Part shown: positions 1 through 13,093 of the stretch, in pieces
How positions within the stretch are numbered: the stretch's first letter is position 1
Layout: the number at the start of each line of letters is the position of its first letter
NCBI GenBank assembly: GCA_030248215.1
Contig: JASANG010003345.1
Coordinates: 186,001 to 250,000, forward strand
DNA length: 64,000 nt
Direction of reading: 5' to 3'
Source of the DNA: Enoplolaimus lenunculus
Taxonomy: Eukaryota
Notes under the pieces: model-generated
Databases searched by the model: none
What the model was told of the DNA's origin: nothing
Seen by the model: the letters and a program-made list of their open reading frames with translations, nothing else
Position numbers and translations under genes: made by a program

Positions 1-2963
1 CTCATAACAAGTATATATACAATGAAAAATATCTGTGAACACATTAAAATCATATTTGCCCTGTGTAAATTCTCGCTCATTAATTAATTAAAACAACCAC
101 TTTTACTCGACCAAAAGCCAACCAAAAACATAAAAGCAATAAACGCACAAAATCATAAAACTATATTCTGGACTAGAGCCCACAAATAAAACGTTATCCA
201 CACAAACAATAGCAAACCTTGATAATACCGCTTCACTAGCATTCCAAACGTGTCTGAAAATTACAGTTCTATTGGTAATCCTGAAATTTACGCATTGGTG
301 CTGCAGTCACTGGTAAAGTGCAGAGAGGTGGCCGCTGAAACATAAACATTCGGCATAGCATAGAATGAAAATTTTATGAATGGCGAGTGCACTGATCGAG
401 AAATATTTTTGACTCTACAGCCAAAACTTAACTTTTTAACAACATTTATTGTCGACAGGCGTCATCTCGCAACTTATGGAGTTGCACTGCACCATGCGAT
501 CTTCTCATCTACAATCATAGTCTTCTGCAATTTGAATTACCTTAAATTATAGCCAAGTAGCATAGAAAATTAATTTCAGTAACACATTAGGCTAATTTGC
601 ACTGGAACAATTGAATTTCGTAACATAACAGCAAAACCTGAATATAAAATACAATGACTAAAAGCACAATCAGGCCAAGTAAAGCGAACAATTAAATATA
701 ATAACATATTTTACCAACAGCAGCAATAAGTGTATTGACATAAACGCGGAATGTATATATGTTTTCCGTTAACACATGAATATACATTTCGGTATTTCTT
801 TAGACTTTGAGCTATACGTTCAATTTTAAAGTAGCAACAGCTAGAAGTGATATCAGTGCATTTGTGAAATTTAGTACACTTTAGTCAAAGCATTTTCTTT
901 CATATACCTAAGGTCGTAGATAAGGGGTAGTGCTTAGAAGTTAACCCCATCCCTTTGGGATATTATCCCGCAATTTTTAAAAACGTTTCCGTCAGTAACA
1001 CACAACAGACCTTCAAAATTTTCATAAAATATCACCCCCTGCTTGTTTCGAAACCGTAGCTATTTGAACACATGAACCTGTATACCAAAGTAAAACTATC
1101 TGAGCTTAAAACAAACGTATTTTTTGTTTAAAAATATTTATATATTTCGCGAAACATACTGAACACAGAAGAAAAATCTAAATAATTTAATTGTTTCAGA
1201 AAACAAATTTTAACTTGATATTTTGCGTTAATTCAAATAAACACCTGAGCGTAAACCGAGACCAAACAGTTTTTACCTTTGGCTCCAACAATTAAGTAAT
1301 AAAGTCTAAATGTACACATACAAATACACGACGGATGGATAAACAAATTAGCAGCGAACAAAGCACAACCAGGACTCCGGAATGGACTTTCAATGAGATA
1401 TCACAAAAACGCCGTTATAGTAATAAACATATATTAAAACACACATTAACTTTTCATCGAGCACAAATAGAAACAAAACAGAAAATGCGGACGCAAACGA
1501 CGAAAGTACAGAATCCCTTAATTCCTGGCAATTAACTGAAAAGTGGCGTTTCCGTTAGATCAAGACGAGTTGAGTTGAACAGCACAACTTTTATGGCTAC
1601 ATATTAGTTAACGGTTCAAAAGTTGTAGCGCACAAAATTCTGGTGCAAACATGCTATTATTTGATCAGGAAGTATTTTCTTGTCATCCACAAATTCGTAA
1701 AACATAAGCTTTACTAGGTTTATTCGTTGCACGAATTTAGTATGCGGTTGCCCGTGTTTCAATATACCGAAGGGTTAAAACGTAAAGAACTATAGCGTTT
1801 GAACCATTGGTCATGCAGTCATAAAAATGGTGGTGCTAAAATAGCGCGTAGAGATCTGCGTTCCTCCGAAGACAACAACAACCGTTGCACCCAGTACAAA
1901 TTAATATCCGTCGGATGGAGGAGACGCAGCCACATCACATTACTGTTAACTCTTTCGAGATTGGCTCACGCGGGTTAACTGAGAAGGCCTGTTTCATTAG
2001 TAGATTATGCTTAATGCCATAGCTAAAACAATATGAGCTTAAAAATTATACCTAATTTACAAACTGATTTTTAGCCAATAATAAGCTTACATAGTCAGGT
2101 TTTAGACATCTTTACGTTGAGTACAATATGTTTTATGATGAGTGTCCAGGTCCTTAACATAATATTAGCTGAAAATTAACAATTGTAAATAATCTATGTT
2201 CAGACTTTCAACGGCATTGCGTAGATTACATACATAATAACATAATGATATATGATAACCAAACATTGCAAATATATACATATATAAATATATACATGTA
2301 TAAATATATATATATACATATATACGTATTTTTAATTAATCTGTACCCTCAAATTTGGTAGTGGAATGATCTGAGGACCAAAATTTGTTAATACTATCAA
2401 AATATTCGCCACTGTGTCAGCTATGCATTCAAAAGAGTATTTCTGCAAAACGTACAGCCATAATTATGGATGATTTTGTACTAAACATCATTAATTACGC
2501 GCTTGCCCCATAATAAACTGTCCAATACCGATCAGAAAGTTACAATCGAACATCAAAAACAGCCAAATTCTACTCATTTTCAAGACAAGTTGAGAGAACA
2601 AAAGTTACGAAAAGAAGAAAAATTAAATCCTTATTTACAACTGAAAAGTAAAAAAGCGTTAACATTAATCTGCAAGCAACTTTAATTGATATCTTAGGGT
2701 TAACATTAACCGATCCTAAACACGTGTAAGGTAAACAATTAATTATTATCACAGAAACAGACCACATATTTCACCCCGTACCCTTGCGACAACACAAGAA
2801 TATTAATTTCTTTTTGGATTATTTTCAAGGTATGGCCATTGCTGTTTTTCAACAAAACTCCTCTTGAAATTTGACAACGAAATTCCCCGCACTCCACAAA
2901 CTATTACCATTTCACTTCCTGCCCACAGCCGCCGTTTCCATGATAATAATCTAAGTAGACGTA

Positions 2964-2967
2964 TACA

Positions 2968-2996
<29 letters not shown>
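2964..2996. repeat. (TACA)n microsatellite
   Basis: Direct reading, about 8 units. Confidence 0.92.
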
Positions 2997-2998
<2 letters not shown>

Positions 2999-3460
2999 CA
3001 ATGCTTACAGCGTGACCAACAATAATACATACATTTGTGTTGCGAATAAAATACTCAAATGCCGTAGTATCTGACAAAATTATATAAAGAACAATATTAA
3101 GAACAAACAAAAGAAACAGCATAAAAGTTAAAATTAATGAATTGCTAAAATCACTTGGAAACAACAATCAATAAAAATTACACGGATGGCGTCGTTTTCA
3201 CTAGTCCACAGCTGTCGCCAAAATAAAGATCCACCCACAACATACGTATGCAGTCAACCAGTCGTAGTGGAAGTATATTTATTGAGCAAAGCTTGACCTA
3301 CTTACATCATAAGCAGGGATGACTTTGTTTTTCGCAACGCCCGACACCCCCCAGTAAAAAGGCGTTTAAATGCGGTTCACGTTTGATTTAACAAGACACC
3401 CAGGCTACCCATGATCAGTAGCGTACAAACGCTGATAAAAATATATTCATTAAATCTCAC

Positions 3461-3682
3461 GGTATGATCCAGTTCCGCTTTGCACCCTGCTCTTGTGGAA
3501 AGTGAACCGAAGCGTGCGGGAGAAAGTGTGCAAGAACCCTCTAAACTTCTTCCCCAGCATGTGGAAATGGAAACGCCGTTTCCATCTGGAGTGGCCCGAA
3601 ATTTTTCGAAACGGTTCTTTATCCGTGCACTCGGAGTGCGAGTACACAGTATATTCAAAAAATACGTGTTAAATTTTTTCGA
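3461..3682 (-). CDS. Possible additional downstream exon of the zinc-finger gene
   Basis: Acceptor ttttag|, phase 0, compatible with a donor AAG|gtgtag just before the 4517 stop. Open frame (ORF 3377..3658) to ACC|gtgaga. No recognisable motif. Confidence 0.22.
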
Positions 3683-4516
3683 CTAAAACTCGTTGAACTT
3701 GAAGCACACATCAAATTAGAATCGATACTTTGTCTAAATTTCATTTTTTATAAATTTGGTAAAACCAAGGTTTTAAAATAATCGCAGCAAGTTCAAGTCC
3801 ATAAGTAACTTCCACCTTAACATCCGTAACCTGCGTTCTAAACAACTATCGTACCTATACTCCAGAAAATGATTTATTTCCAAACAAAGCGCTCCGTATA
3901 TTCGTTACGATCAGAACTTTGTACTGGCTGTCGCCGGATTCTGTCACAAACCGTATATGTTGTTTCATAAACGCTGGTTCACTTGCTCGATATGAACAAG
4001 ACCCATCATCATTAACTGGTTATAGGTGCTATACAACGTTGAGAATGCGAGTTTTGGCGTTCCACATGCGCTACCAACAAATTGACCGATAACCCTAACA
4101 CAAACCAAACCAAATCACAGCATTCATATAAATGACACATTTTGAACTCAGAGTTAAAATCACAGGAGTAAAAACTAAAACAGTGCGATATCATAAGCCA
4201 TACCAACACATTTAAAAACAAAGTTTCAAACAGCACGGAGCAAATTTGAAGCTTAAAAACCTGCTTTGATGTTTTCTTCCGACCACATCCATATATCCTT
4301 TTTAACTTACGCTTTCTTTGATGTTCGCCGCCTACCATGTCACATCAACATATATTTACGAACTTCAAATTCCTTTGCTCTTTTCCGCTTACCACGCTCA
4401 CCAATCCTTATACCGCCTAACAAGACTACCTGCATACATACCAACTTCCCGTTGCTTTAATGTTTGCCGCCAAACACTCCACGTCGGCAAAATCGTTTGA
4501 AATTGCACTTGTTCAT

Positions 4517-5063
4517 CTACACCTTGGTCGTTCCATGCTTGAGAAACTTTCGCAATCGCGTCGTAATATCGTCTTGACTATGTTCATCGCTCGCAGCACT
4601 GCTCACTCTTCCGGCGTTGTCGTCGTCATTGTTGTAGTCGCAATCGTTTGAATTTTTAAATTCAACTCCAATTTCATCAAATTCAATTGATTCAGGCTCC
4701 ATTCCATCTACCACAACAGCTTCGTCAAAAGTTATTCCGCCACCAGCGACGCTACCGTTCGGAATCGCTGCTGTCATACAATTATCATCACTCGTTGTCG
4801 TTGTTGTTATTGCTTGTTCGGCAACTTTACGCAACTGCGATCGAAGAATGTCGTGAAAACTAAGTTGCTGTTGTTCAGGTGTTGTTGATATATGACCAGA
4901 GTCCTGCCTGTGGCCAATAGCAGGACTGCCAATGGCGGCCGAGTCTCCCATTTCAACAGCGGCCTCCTCTGCGGCTGATGCGGCGGCTAAAGCTTTCTGA
5001 GGGGCGGCGTGCGGAAAGCAACGCGCCATCATAACGTTCCAAGATGCTTCGAGGGTCGAACAG
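4517..5063 (-). CDS. C2H2 zinc-finger protein, coding exon 8 (helix-CFP of module 3 and acidic tail; probable last exon)
   Basis: Acceptor tttttcag|, phase 2; reads CSTLEASWNVMMARCFP, matching modules 1 and 2. TAG at 4517. Summed CDS is 4686 nt = 1561 aa plus stop. Confidence 0.82.
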
Positions 5064-6043
5064 CTGAAAAATCATTGCAAATTCATTATAGTCAGGGGGT
5101 TTTTTTAAATTATGTGCAGTATTTGTTAAAATTTCACAGTCTCCAAAGCGAATAATGTTCTCAAACGCATAAATCTGCGAAATCTGATTCGAAAGACACA
5201 ACAAGACCACTTACCAACTCATGATATGTGCCACAAACACTTAAGGATTCAGATATACTTTAACGCATATTCACTGTCTAATAGTAAAATTTTCCAATGG
5301 TCAAAAAATGCAACAAAAACCACCAGACAAAAATCAGCCATCTTAATTCCAGGTTTTCCTCATAATTAAGGAAATCCTGGTGCTTTAAATCAAGACAATT
5401 TGAAACCAGAATAAAACAAGTTTTTGAAACTGTTTATATATAAGATGTTATTTTTTTATGAAAATAGTTCAGTTTGGCAAAGGTTACGTTATATCATTGG
5501 CATGGCGTATTTTGAATTATAATTTTGATGTTTCTTTTTGGTTTGAAAAAGTTAATTGGATAAAACAGTTGGCATATATCTTGCATGTGATAACATCGTA
5601 CTTTTACTTGTGTTATAATCACTTGTAATAAAAGTCTAACCTAGAGTTCGGAGTGGATGCTCGCGGGTTTGAGCCTGATAAAAACCAGAGACCGTTCCCA
5701 GTGGTTCAAGTCCGGATAGGATGGACTCGGTTGGGATCTATAAATCCCTAAGTTTCACCAACCAAAATCTAATTAATACTTTACAAAGAAAATCATCAAA
5801 AAAGCTTACAATGATTGCAGCCTTTTCACAGATGTTTTTATTTTGCTGTGAAACCCAATAAAATGTAAAGACAGAAGTGCTGGAATCGAGTGTAGGCTGA
5901 GTATAGTGTAGGTTGTGTATCTATACTTTGCCCAATTGACTGCATATATACACATGCAAAGTGATAATATAAGTGAAGCTCAAAGACAGTGATCGGTGCT
6001 GTACACATTTGAAAATACCGGCAAAGATCAAAGGCCATCTTAC

Positions 6044-6586
6044 CGATTATCAATAGGCACTAAACCGACCATGCCATGCTTTGACGACATATGATTGCGT
6101 ACATGCGCCGATTCTGAGCTTGAATACGAACAGCCAGGACAACGGAATTGTTTACGAAAACAATGACGTTTCGCGTGATTTAATAGCGACTGGCGAGGCT
6201 CTGAAACAATTCTACGGCGACAAAGTAAACACTCAGTGGTGTCTGTTCGCAGAAGCTTTGGTGGAGTCGGCGACATCAAAAGTCCACCAGACGAGCCGGT
6301 GGCGGCAGCGTTTGTGATACAAGCAGCGCGACGTGTATAGCGACGTCTTCCGTAACTGCTCACTCCAACAAATTGCGGCGTATCGATTCGGTCATCCATT
6401 GTTGAGTTGCCAATAATCTCTGATGGATCAATGAATGCGTTCAGATTTGTTTTGTTATTACTGTTACTAGTATTATTTTTATTATTATTTTTTATATTGT
6501 TGTTGTGGTTGATACTTTTGAAATTGCTGCTGGTGTTGTTGGAAATACTACTGTTAACATTGCGACTGCTATGGTTGTTGCTGTTG

Positions 6587-6622
<36 letters not shown>

Positions 6623-7214
6623 TTGCCATTGTTGTTGGTGTTGTTGTTGCTGCTGTCGTCGTTGCTGCTGCTGCTGCTGTTGTTGTTGTTGTTGTTGTTG
6701 CTGCTGCTGTTGCTGCAATTATCGTTTTTGATATTTAAGTCACTGTCGACGCCATCGTCTCCACTAATCAATCCGATCATTTTATTACAATTTTCAAGTG
6801 ACATCGCAGCTGCAGCAACCATTGATCGCGTATGCCTCCGTCGACTACTTGCCAAATTCGCCACGGGAGATGGTACAGTAGCGGTAGTAGTACCATTTAA
6901 AGGCAGGCTTCCACCAGTAGCGGAGGCAGGGGTAGCGCAGTTCCCGCGACCCTCCGACCCACGAGTTGATCCCAGCCCGGAAAAAATCTCGCTATCGTCA
7001 TCGTCGGTAGGGGTTGCGCCTCCACCTTTCCCTCGACATATTTCAGCAATAGTTTCTGCAAGTGAAGTTGAAACATCAACAACATTATCGTTATCGTTGT
7101 TTACTTCAATTCCGTTCGAATATTTTGTTGTCGAATTGTCGTCAAGTGTTGTCACTGTAACTACTGACGCGGCGTCCGGATCTGCGGCTGCAATAAATTC
7201 TTCGACGTAATTTC
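6044..7214 (-). CDS. C2H2 zinc-finger protein, coding exon 7 (Asn-rich linker and module 3)
   Basis: Phase-1 acceptor ttttttgag|, in frame with ORF 6040..7155. Encodes CLLC...HAKRHCFRKQFRCPGC...HMSSKH. Donor CG|gtaaga, phase 2. Confidence 0.85.
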
Positions 7215-7951
7215 CTCAAAAAACACAAAAAACAATCGTTAGAAATATATACTATTTAAATTTAGTATTAAAAGCCCTGTATATTTATTGTATTTTCTGT
7301 TCAATAATTGTCTACAAATACGGCAAAACTTAGAGTTTAAAACTCTGCAGATCAATACATTTGTACATGTAAATGGGTTTTTAGAGTCCACTAAATATCA
7401 CTGATAAATTGTAGTTGCAGAATGAAAAAAGAACATAAAACCGCTGTTGAGACAAAACCTCGATACGCAACTCTGAGCTGTTTTGCCTTCCTAACAAGGT
7501 TTAGTCCGTTTGTCAGATTGCTATTTCAACCGCATGCAAGCCCTATAATTGTTTTGGCCACCTATCGCAACTTGAATTGGATACGATCATGTATTCGCTC
7601 AGAACCGTTCAATATTTGACAAAACAACAGTTCTCAGTGAATTAATAGTTGTATCTACATACATTAATATATAGCACACAACCAAACCCAGCATTACCTC
7701 TGTTAATTCACAAAACTTGCAGATGCAAAAAATTGCACAAAGGAACAACGCTTCAAAACGTGCCACTAATACTGTCAGTGGCCGAGACTTGAACGCGTTA
7801 TCAAGAATACACTCGATAAAACGCTTAGTACTGTTCAATAATTGCCAAAACAACACTTTTTACATATTGATTTCGTATGCACATTTATGCAACTTGCAGT
7901 TGCAAATAACTTGCACGTATCATTAGGCATTAAAACTGCATTAAAACATAC

Positions 7952-8186
7952 CATTAATAGCTCCAGTAGACGGTACCGGAAAACACTGTTCAGATAAACT
8001 CGACAAAATTTGATTAATCTCACGCAACACCATAGTTACGCCATCATGATCACCAGCGTGTTCGGCTTGCACGTGTTCAATGATTTTAGAAACGATTTGC
8101 TCGTAACCGCAAACTGAACACGTATATGGCAATGTGTTCAAATGTGCAAAGCGTACATGAGCAGTTTTCGATTTTGAAGCAACAAC
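7952..8186 (-). CDS. C2H2 zinc-finger protein, coding exon 6 (module 2)
   Basis: Acceptor tttttag|; reads VVASKSKTAHVRFAHLNTLPYTCSVCGYEQIVSKIIEHVQAEH...SEQCFP. Donor G|gtatgt, phase 1. Confidence 0.87.
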
Positions 8187-8569
8187 CTAAAAATCATAGT
8201 ATATACACTACAAAAGTAGTGAAAAATAAAGGTTCTTTTCCGTGTTCCCTTACGCCCGCGTTTGCCCAAAAATGGTTGGATTTTGAAATTTTTTTGCATA
8301 TTTGAGCTTCTCGCATACTCCTGTGTTGTTACTATTTTGTTTCCACTACGCAGTTACTACTTCTGTCATCTCGAACAAAAGTCAATAGTGCTAGCTTAAG
8401 GCTGTATTTTCATTATATCAGCAATGTTAGGTGTGCCTAGATCATAAATGCATTTACACATACTTTTCCACCCCCATAAATTTTCAGGTACATAGAAAAC
8501 TTCGCCTTTCCCGTTATACAACCACTCCCAGCGTGCATTTACTGAAAAGCTTATTTGAGCTTCTTATAC

Positions 8570-8802
8570 CTCTCCACATTCACCGCAAGTCAAAAACGCA
8601 GCAGACCGTGATACAGCGGCAGAGGTGGCGACAACAGACGTTGGTACATTTCGCTTGCGCCGAGTCGCTGGCGTCGTCGACACGTTGAGCACGCGTGCAT
8701 TGGCGCTGTTCACAACAAAATTGCCTGGTATTGTGTTGCGTTCAGCGTTAATTGCATACGCAGTTGCACTACCGGCAAGTTCGCTATTGCAACTGCTGCT
8801 GC

Positions 8803-8839
<37 letters not shown>

Positions 8840-9171
8840 GCTGCTGCGATTATTATTGTTAGTGGTGGTAGTGCTCTTCACAGCACTATCAACCACCGCG
8901 GCAATAGTACAATCAGCCGAATCCAGATCTAATCTGGATCCGGATGATGCAGCTGTAGCAACAGCAGCAGCTGCAATTGAAGATCCTGGCCAACTGGGAA
9001 CACTAAGGCGAGTTGTGTTGTGTGGTGGCCGATCAGTTGTCGCTAGCTCATTCGATATCGACGTAAAAATTGTCGGAGAAGCTGAAGGAGACGGTGACGA
9101 AAGCGTTGCACTAGGCGACAACGTAGGTGCTGAAGATTGTATAGGCACCATTGTGGGTGAATTTTCGTAGC
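8570..9171 (-). CDS. C2H2 zinc-finger protein, coding exon 5 (Ser/Thr/Asn-rich linker ending in CGEC)
   Basis: Acceptor tttaag|, phase 1, in frame with ORF 8564..9151. Donor GAG|gtataa, phase 0. Confidence 0.82.
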
Positions 9172-9484
9172 CTTAAATTAGAGAAAAGTAAAAAAAAAGT
9201 ATTTCGTTATCTTAAACACATTTCTTTATTTAAATATCATTCCAATATTCACTATTAATCACAATCACCCATTGCTGTTTGAAGTTACCCGGTGAACGCA
9301 TGTTATTGTAGACAAATAGCTATAATACACAACCGCTATCAGGCGAAATATATACAATTCGTACACGAAAGGTTGGCTTGCAAAAGTTTTTTCACTCATT
9401 GATTTATAACCTCCAAAAACAGAATGATGTCTTCGCACTGGATTGAAAATATTAAACTGGCAATCAACCGGAAAATATACGTAC

Positions 9485-9626
9485 CTGTGACCGTTCTCGA
9501 TGGACTTTGAAATTCCGGAAAGCACTGATGCATCAATTCTTCCCACGCCGTTTGTAGATCAGGCGTCCATCTGTCCAGTGGAGTAGTCGTCTGGTCGCCA
9601 TGGTTATGATGCATGTGAAGCCGGAC
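9485..9626 (-). CDS. C2H2 zinc-finger protein, coding exon 4 (completes finger 2 and helix-CFP)
   Basis: Acceptor aatag|; reads VRLHMHHNHGDQTTTPLDRWTPDLQTAWEELMHQCFP and supplies the His pair for the CSYC of exon 3. Donor G|gtacgt, phase 1. Confidence 0.88.
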
Positions 9627-10366
9627 CTATTAACAATACTTTCAAATATATATCAGCCTGAACTATGATACATCCATTACAAATAGGCACCGACGATCCC
9701 AGCATTTTTCGGGAGAGACGATTTTTTAGTATATTTTCAAGTGGGCGCCGCTTTTTTAGCAAAAATTCTACTGTCTACAAAAGTTACCAAGGAACCGGCC
9801 GTCCAGTCCGACCACCCTGCCCTCTGGATCGCCCCGTTCCGGAGCTGGCTGATCGGTCATATAATTTGTGTACTACGATGTCAAGCAAATTTCACTATTA
9901 ACACTTCCTTACTTTGACAAAAAATTTTGAACACTATACACACGCCGTCACCCGCCCAAGTGTGTCGTATTAAAATTTAATCTTAATTGTCAGCGCAGCT
10001 GCGTGCGGCGGCAGGCGGCCCAGCTGAGTTTAGCGCACTCTTATACTGCGTATATAACGCACCGATTCACCTGTTACATTACATATCCTAGCCTAAAAAA
10101 GTCATCATCGACTCTTGGTACTTACAACTGGCCCCTATTTTCAAATGTATGTAGCACCTATGTCCAGTTGGTGGTAGATCTTGTAGATTTCGAACCGGTA
10201 CATAAAAAGGATCTATATTCAGCATAGTTTTCTCGTTTACTTTCTAGTACTACTGTGTCAGCTTTGAAATCAGTATATGCACTGGTTTATCATCAGTTTG
10301 ACAACTTATCGCTAACTGTTGATGATATGTACTATACGCATTTTAAAATATGGGTCCATTCCATAC

Positions 10367-11061
10367 CTTTGCCGTTTCGTTATGCTGATAGCTACAATAC
10401 GAGCATTGAAATTGCTTCAGTGTCGCGTGCCGTTTAACATGATTGATTAAATTTGAATATCGATTTGACATAATTGGATTATTGCACAACTTGCAACGGG
10501 TATACACTACGTCAGTTGTTCCTGCGCTTAAGCTACCGCCAGATCCTCCAAGGACACTTCCAGTTCCTGTTCCAGAAGTTGCGGAGATGCCACCACTTCC
10601 CGCAGAAGCGTTGCCTTTGATCGACCGCTGGCGAATAACATCCGTAGTTGCAAACGGTTGCGTTTGAGCTCGTGCAATAATTGCAGCTGCACTATTGCGT
10701 TTGCTAGTCATGCAGTCACTCCTACCATTAGTGCTACAGTTGGGTTTAGTCATCAATGACGCAGTGGTGCGTTCGGCAACTTGTGAAATGGCCAAGTCTG
10801 TCGCTGCTAATATCATTTCGGTTTCATCAAATTCAGCTAAAATGCCACCGCCACCATTTCCGTTGCTATTTCCACATCCGGTTGAGCTGTTATCAAATTG
10901 GTCTTCGTCTAAATCGTCCAGTAGAACTTCCGCCGGAGTTGCAATATTGTCAACGTCCGGTTCCGGCTTGACAGAAACTGGTTCCGGTTTCATTGCTAAA
11001 GCGGATACGTTTGTTGTTGATGGTACTGTTGCGTTCATACGACTTGATATTCTAGTATTTC
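10367..11061 (-). CDS. C2H2 zinc-finger protein, coding exon 3 (module 1: CKLC...HVKRH, CSYC...)
   Basis: Acceptor ttttcctacag|, phase 1; donor AAG|gtatgg, phase 0. Encodes CKLCNNPIMSNRYSNLINHVKRHATLKQFQCSYCSYQHNETAK. Confidence 0.88.
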
Positions 11062-11361
11062 CTGTAGGAAAAAAGAAAATTGCAATCAAAACTAATTCTA
11101 ACAGATTGTCTGGGTTGCAGAACCGCCACCACGTGGGTTCCAATGAATCAGTGAACACCGTAAATATTATAATTCCTAAACATCCATCAGCGCTACGTTC
11201 TGAGCGAAAGGATGTTGCTGGAATGCCTATATATGATTGAAACGAAACCGCTCGCCGCTGTTAGCTTGCACAGAAACATGACCTATCTTCGATTGCAAAT
11301 CAAGCCACGATTTTATTTAAAGTTTTGCCTTAATACTTTAACAAGAACACATGGCCATGCC

Positions 11362-11737
11362 CAGTGGCGGATCCAGGATCTCAAAATGGGGGGCCAAAAT
11401 TTCACAGGAAATAAACTTATTTTTGACCCATACTGTAATGACCCAAATAAGAGGGGGGGCATTTTGAGTCCCAATTAATAGCAGTCCGTATACCTAATAA
11501 GAATCCGTAAGCGGGTAGAGTCCTTAAACCATTGTTTAGAGTCCATAAATGTCTATTATCCCTAATTGTAGCGCATAAATGACTCCAGGGCCACGAAACT
11601 TTAAAGCGTGCTTATACTATTGTGTATGAAACAGAGAAATAAACATCGTAGAACAGCAATTGACACTATATAATTTTTGTCGAGATGCTGTTGGGGGGGG
11701 CCCACGGCGGGGGTGGCCCCCCGTGGATCCGCCATTG
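11362..11737. mobile_element. hAT-type MITE (CAGTGGCGGATCC TIR), copy 1, with extra internal sequence
   Basis: TIR CAGTGGCGGATCCA...TGGATCCGCCATTG; 8-bp TSD gccatgcc/gccgtgcc; ends homologous to 24573-24747. Confidence 0.85.
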
Positions 11738-12266
11738 GCCGTGCCTATAACTCGTACTAAATTTGAAATTTAACACATAACCCACCTGAATATACATGAA
11801 ATGTACGTATATAAACAAAAGCCTACACATGTTAGAAATGGTCGTACGACGGGGCATTTATGCTCAATGTTATGTTAATGCTCAAAACTATTTCATTATT
11901 GTATAAACAACTGAAATTTGCAAACTTCTAGGCTCAACGCTTAATTGCACTTTCAACGACTTTTAGCTTATATACTTGTCCGCTAAGACTATAATTTTAC
12001 CAACGACGACTACTTACCTGAACCCAAATTGCTAAATTGTATACTCTTTTAAAAATGCTTAAAACCCGCTTAGTGAAAACATTCTGCTCAAGCCCCCCCC
12101 CCCCTTCAGACGTACAGCGCACCAGCGGATCCAACAATGTGGGGGCCACATTAACGCAGTGGAATAAAACTTTACAGCGAAGCGAGCGAGCAGCCGAACG
12201 CAATAACGATCAAATCCTAATACAAAGTTTTGGTTTCGAAAATTCGGTGAATCTGCTCACACCCAC

Positions 12267-12537
12267 CCCTCTTTGCTTGCTGTGACCCTCCCCGCTTTTG
12301 GTTACTTGTTCGTCCAGACGACCGCAACACCGACGACGACCGGCTACTAGCGTTAATGACGTCATAACCTTCATACGGTTCTATATCCAAACTTCCTTCG
12401 CCATTCACAATCGCCGAAACAATACTATTTATTGTCGATGCGCGACGTTGTGAATCAAAATCAAACGCTCCAGTAGCGTCTTCTTTGGTAACTGGCGAAT
12501 CATCAGTGTCTTTTTTATTATTATTATTATTATTATA

Positions 12538-12585
<48 letters not shown>

Positions 12586-12600
12586 ATTATTATAATTATA

Positions 12601-12639
<39 letters not shown>

Positions 12640-12864
12640 GTTATTATTATTATTGCTGTTGTTGTTTTTGTTGTTGTTGTTGTTGTTGTTGAGTATCGCA
12701 TCAGCTGTGGTAGACATTCCTCCAGACAACGAAGATAGTAATGCGACCATTGGCATGGTAGTATTGCAACCACCGCAAGCACCAGCGGAACCGGAACCGG
12801 ATGATAACGTTGACAGCAGAAGCGAACTGACTGGGATGGTTGCATCTGTTTGGCATTCTCGGTC
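12267..12864 (-). CDS. C2H2 zinc-finger protein, coding exon 2 (long poly-Asn tract)
   Basis: Acceptor attcag| at 12865, phase 0, in frame with ORF 12217..12756. Phase-1 donor G|gtgggt at 12266 (an alternative phase-1 donor, gtgagc, lies 6 nt further on). Confidence 0.7.
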
Positions 12865-13093
12865 CTGAATTAAACACCAATTAGCCTAATACCAAATGTG
12901 TACGTTATACATAGATCGAACGCTTTTGTACACTTCCCCCTGCAGTCTTTAGGCTCAGGCTCAAGCATTGGTTTATATTTTGCAAAACAAGGACTACGCC
13001 TAACTCTACGAGCCTAAATCTATTCAACTTTAACCTTAGTGTACGAGCAATTGAACAAGAGTCACACTTAATCGAAATCAATTAGCTTCTTAC

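Noticed and set aside
6407..7210. Plus-strand poly-Leu/Val 'membrane protein' ORFs (also 8625-9170, 13455-13811, 46122-46448 and poly-Cys 50033-50446)
   Set aside because: They are antisense shadows of poly-Asn/Gln exons on the minus strand.
12429..12845. Poly-Ile ORF on the minus strand
   Set aside because: It is an alternative frame of the AAT tract; splice phases support the poly-Asn frame.
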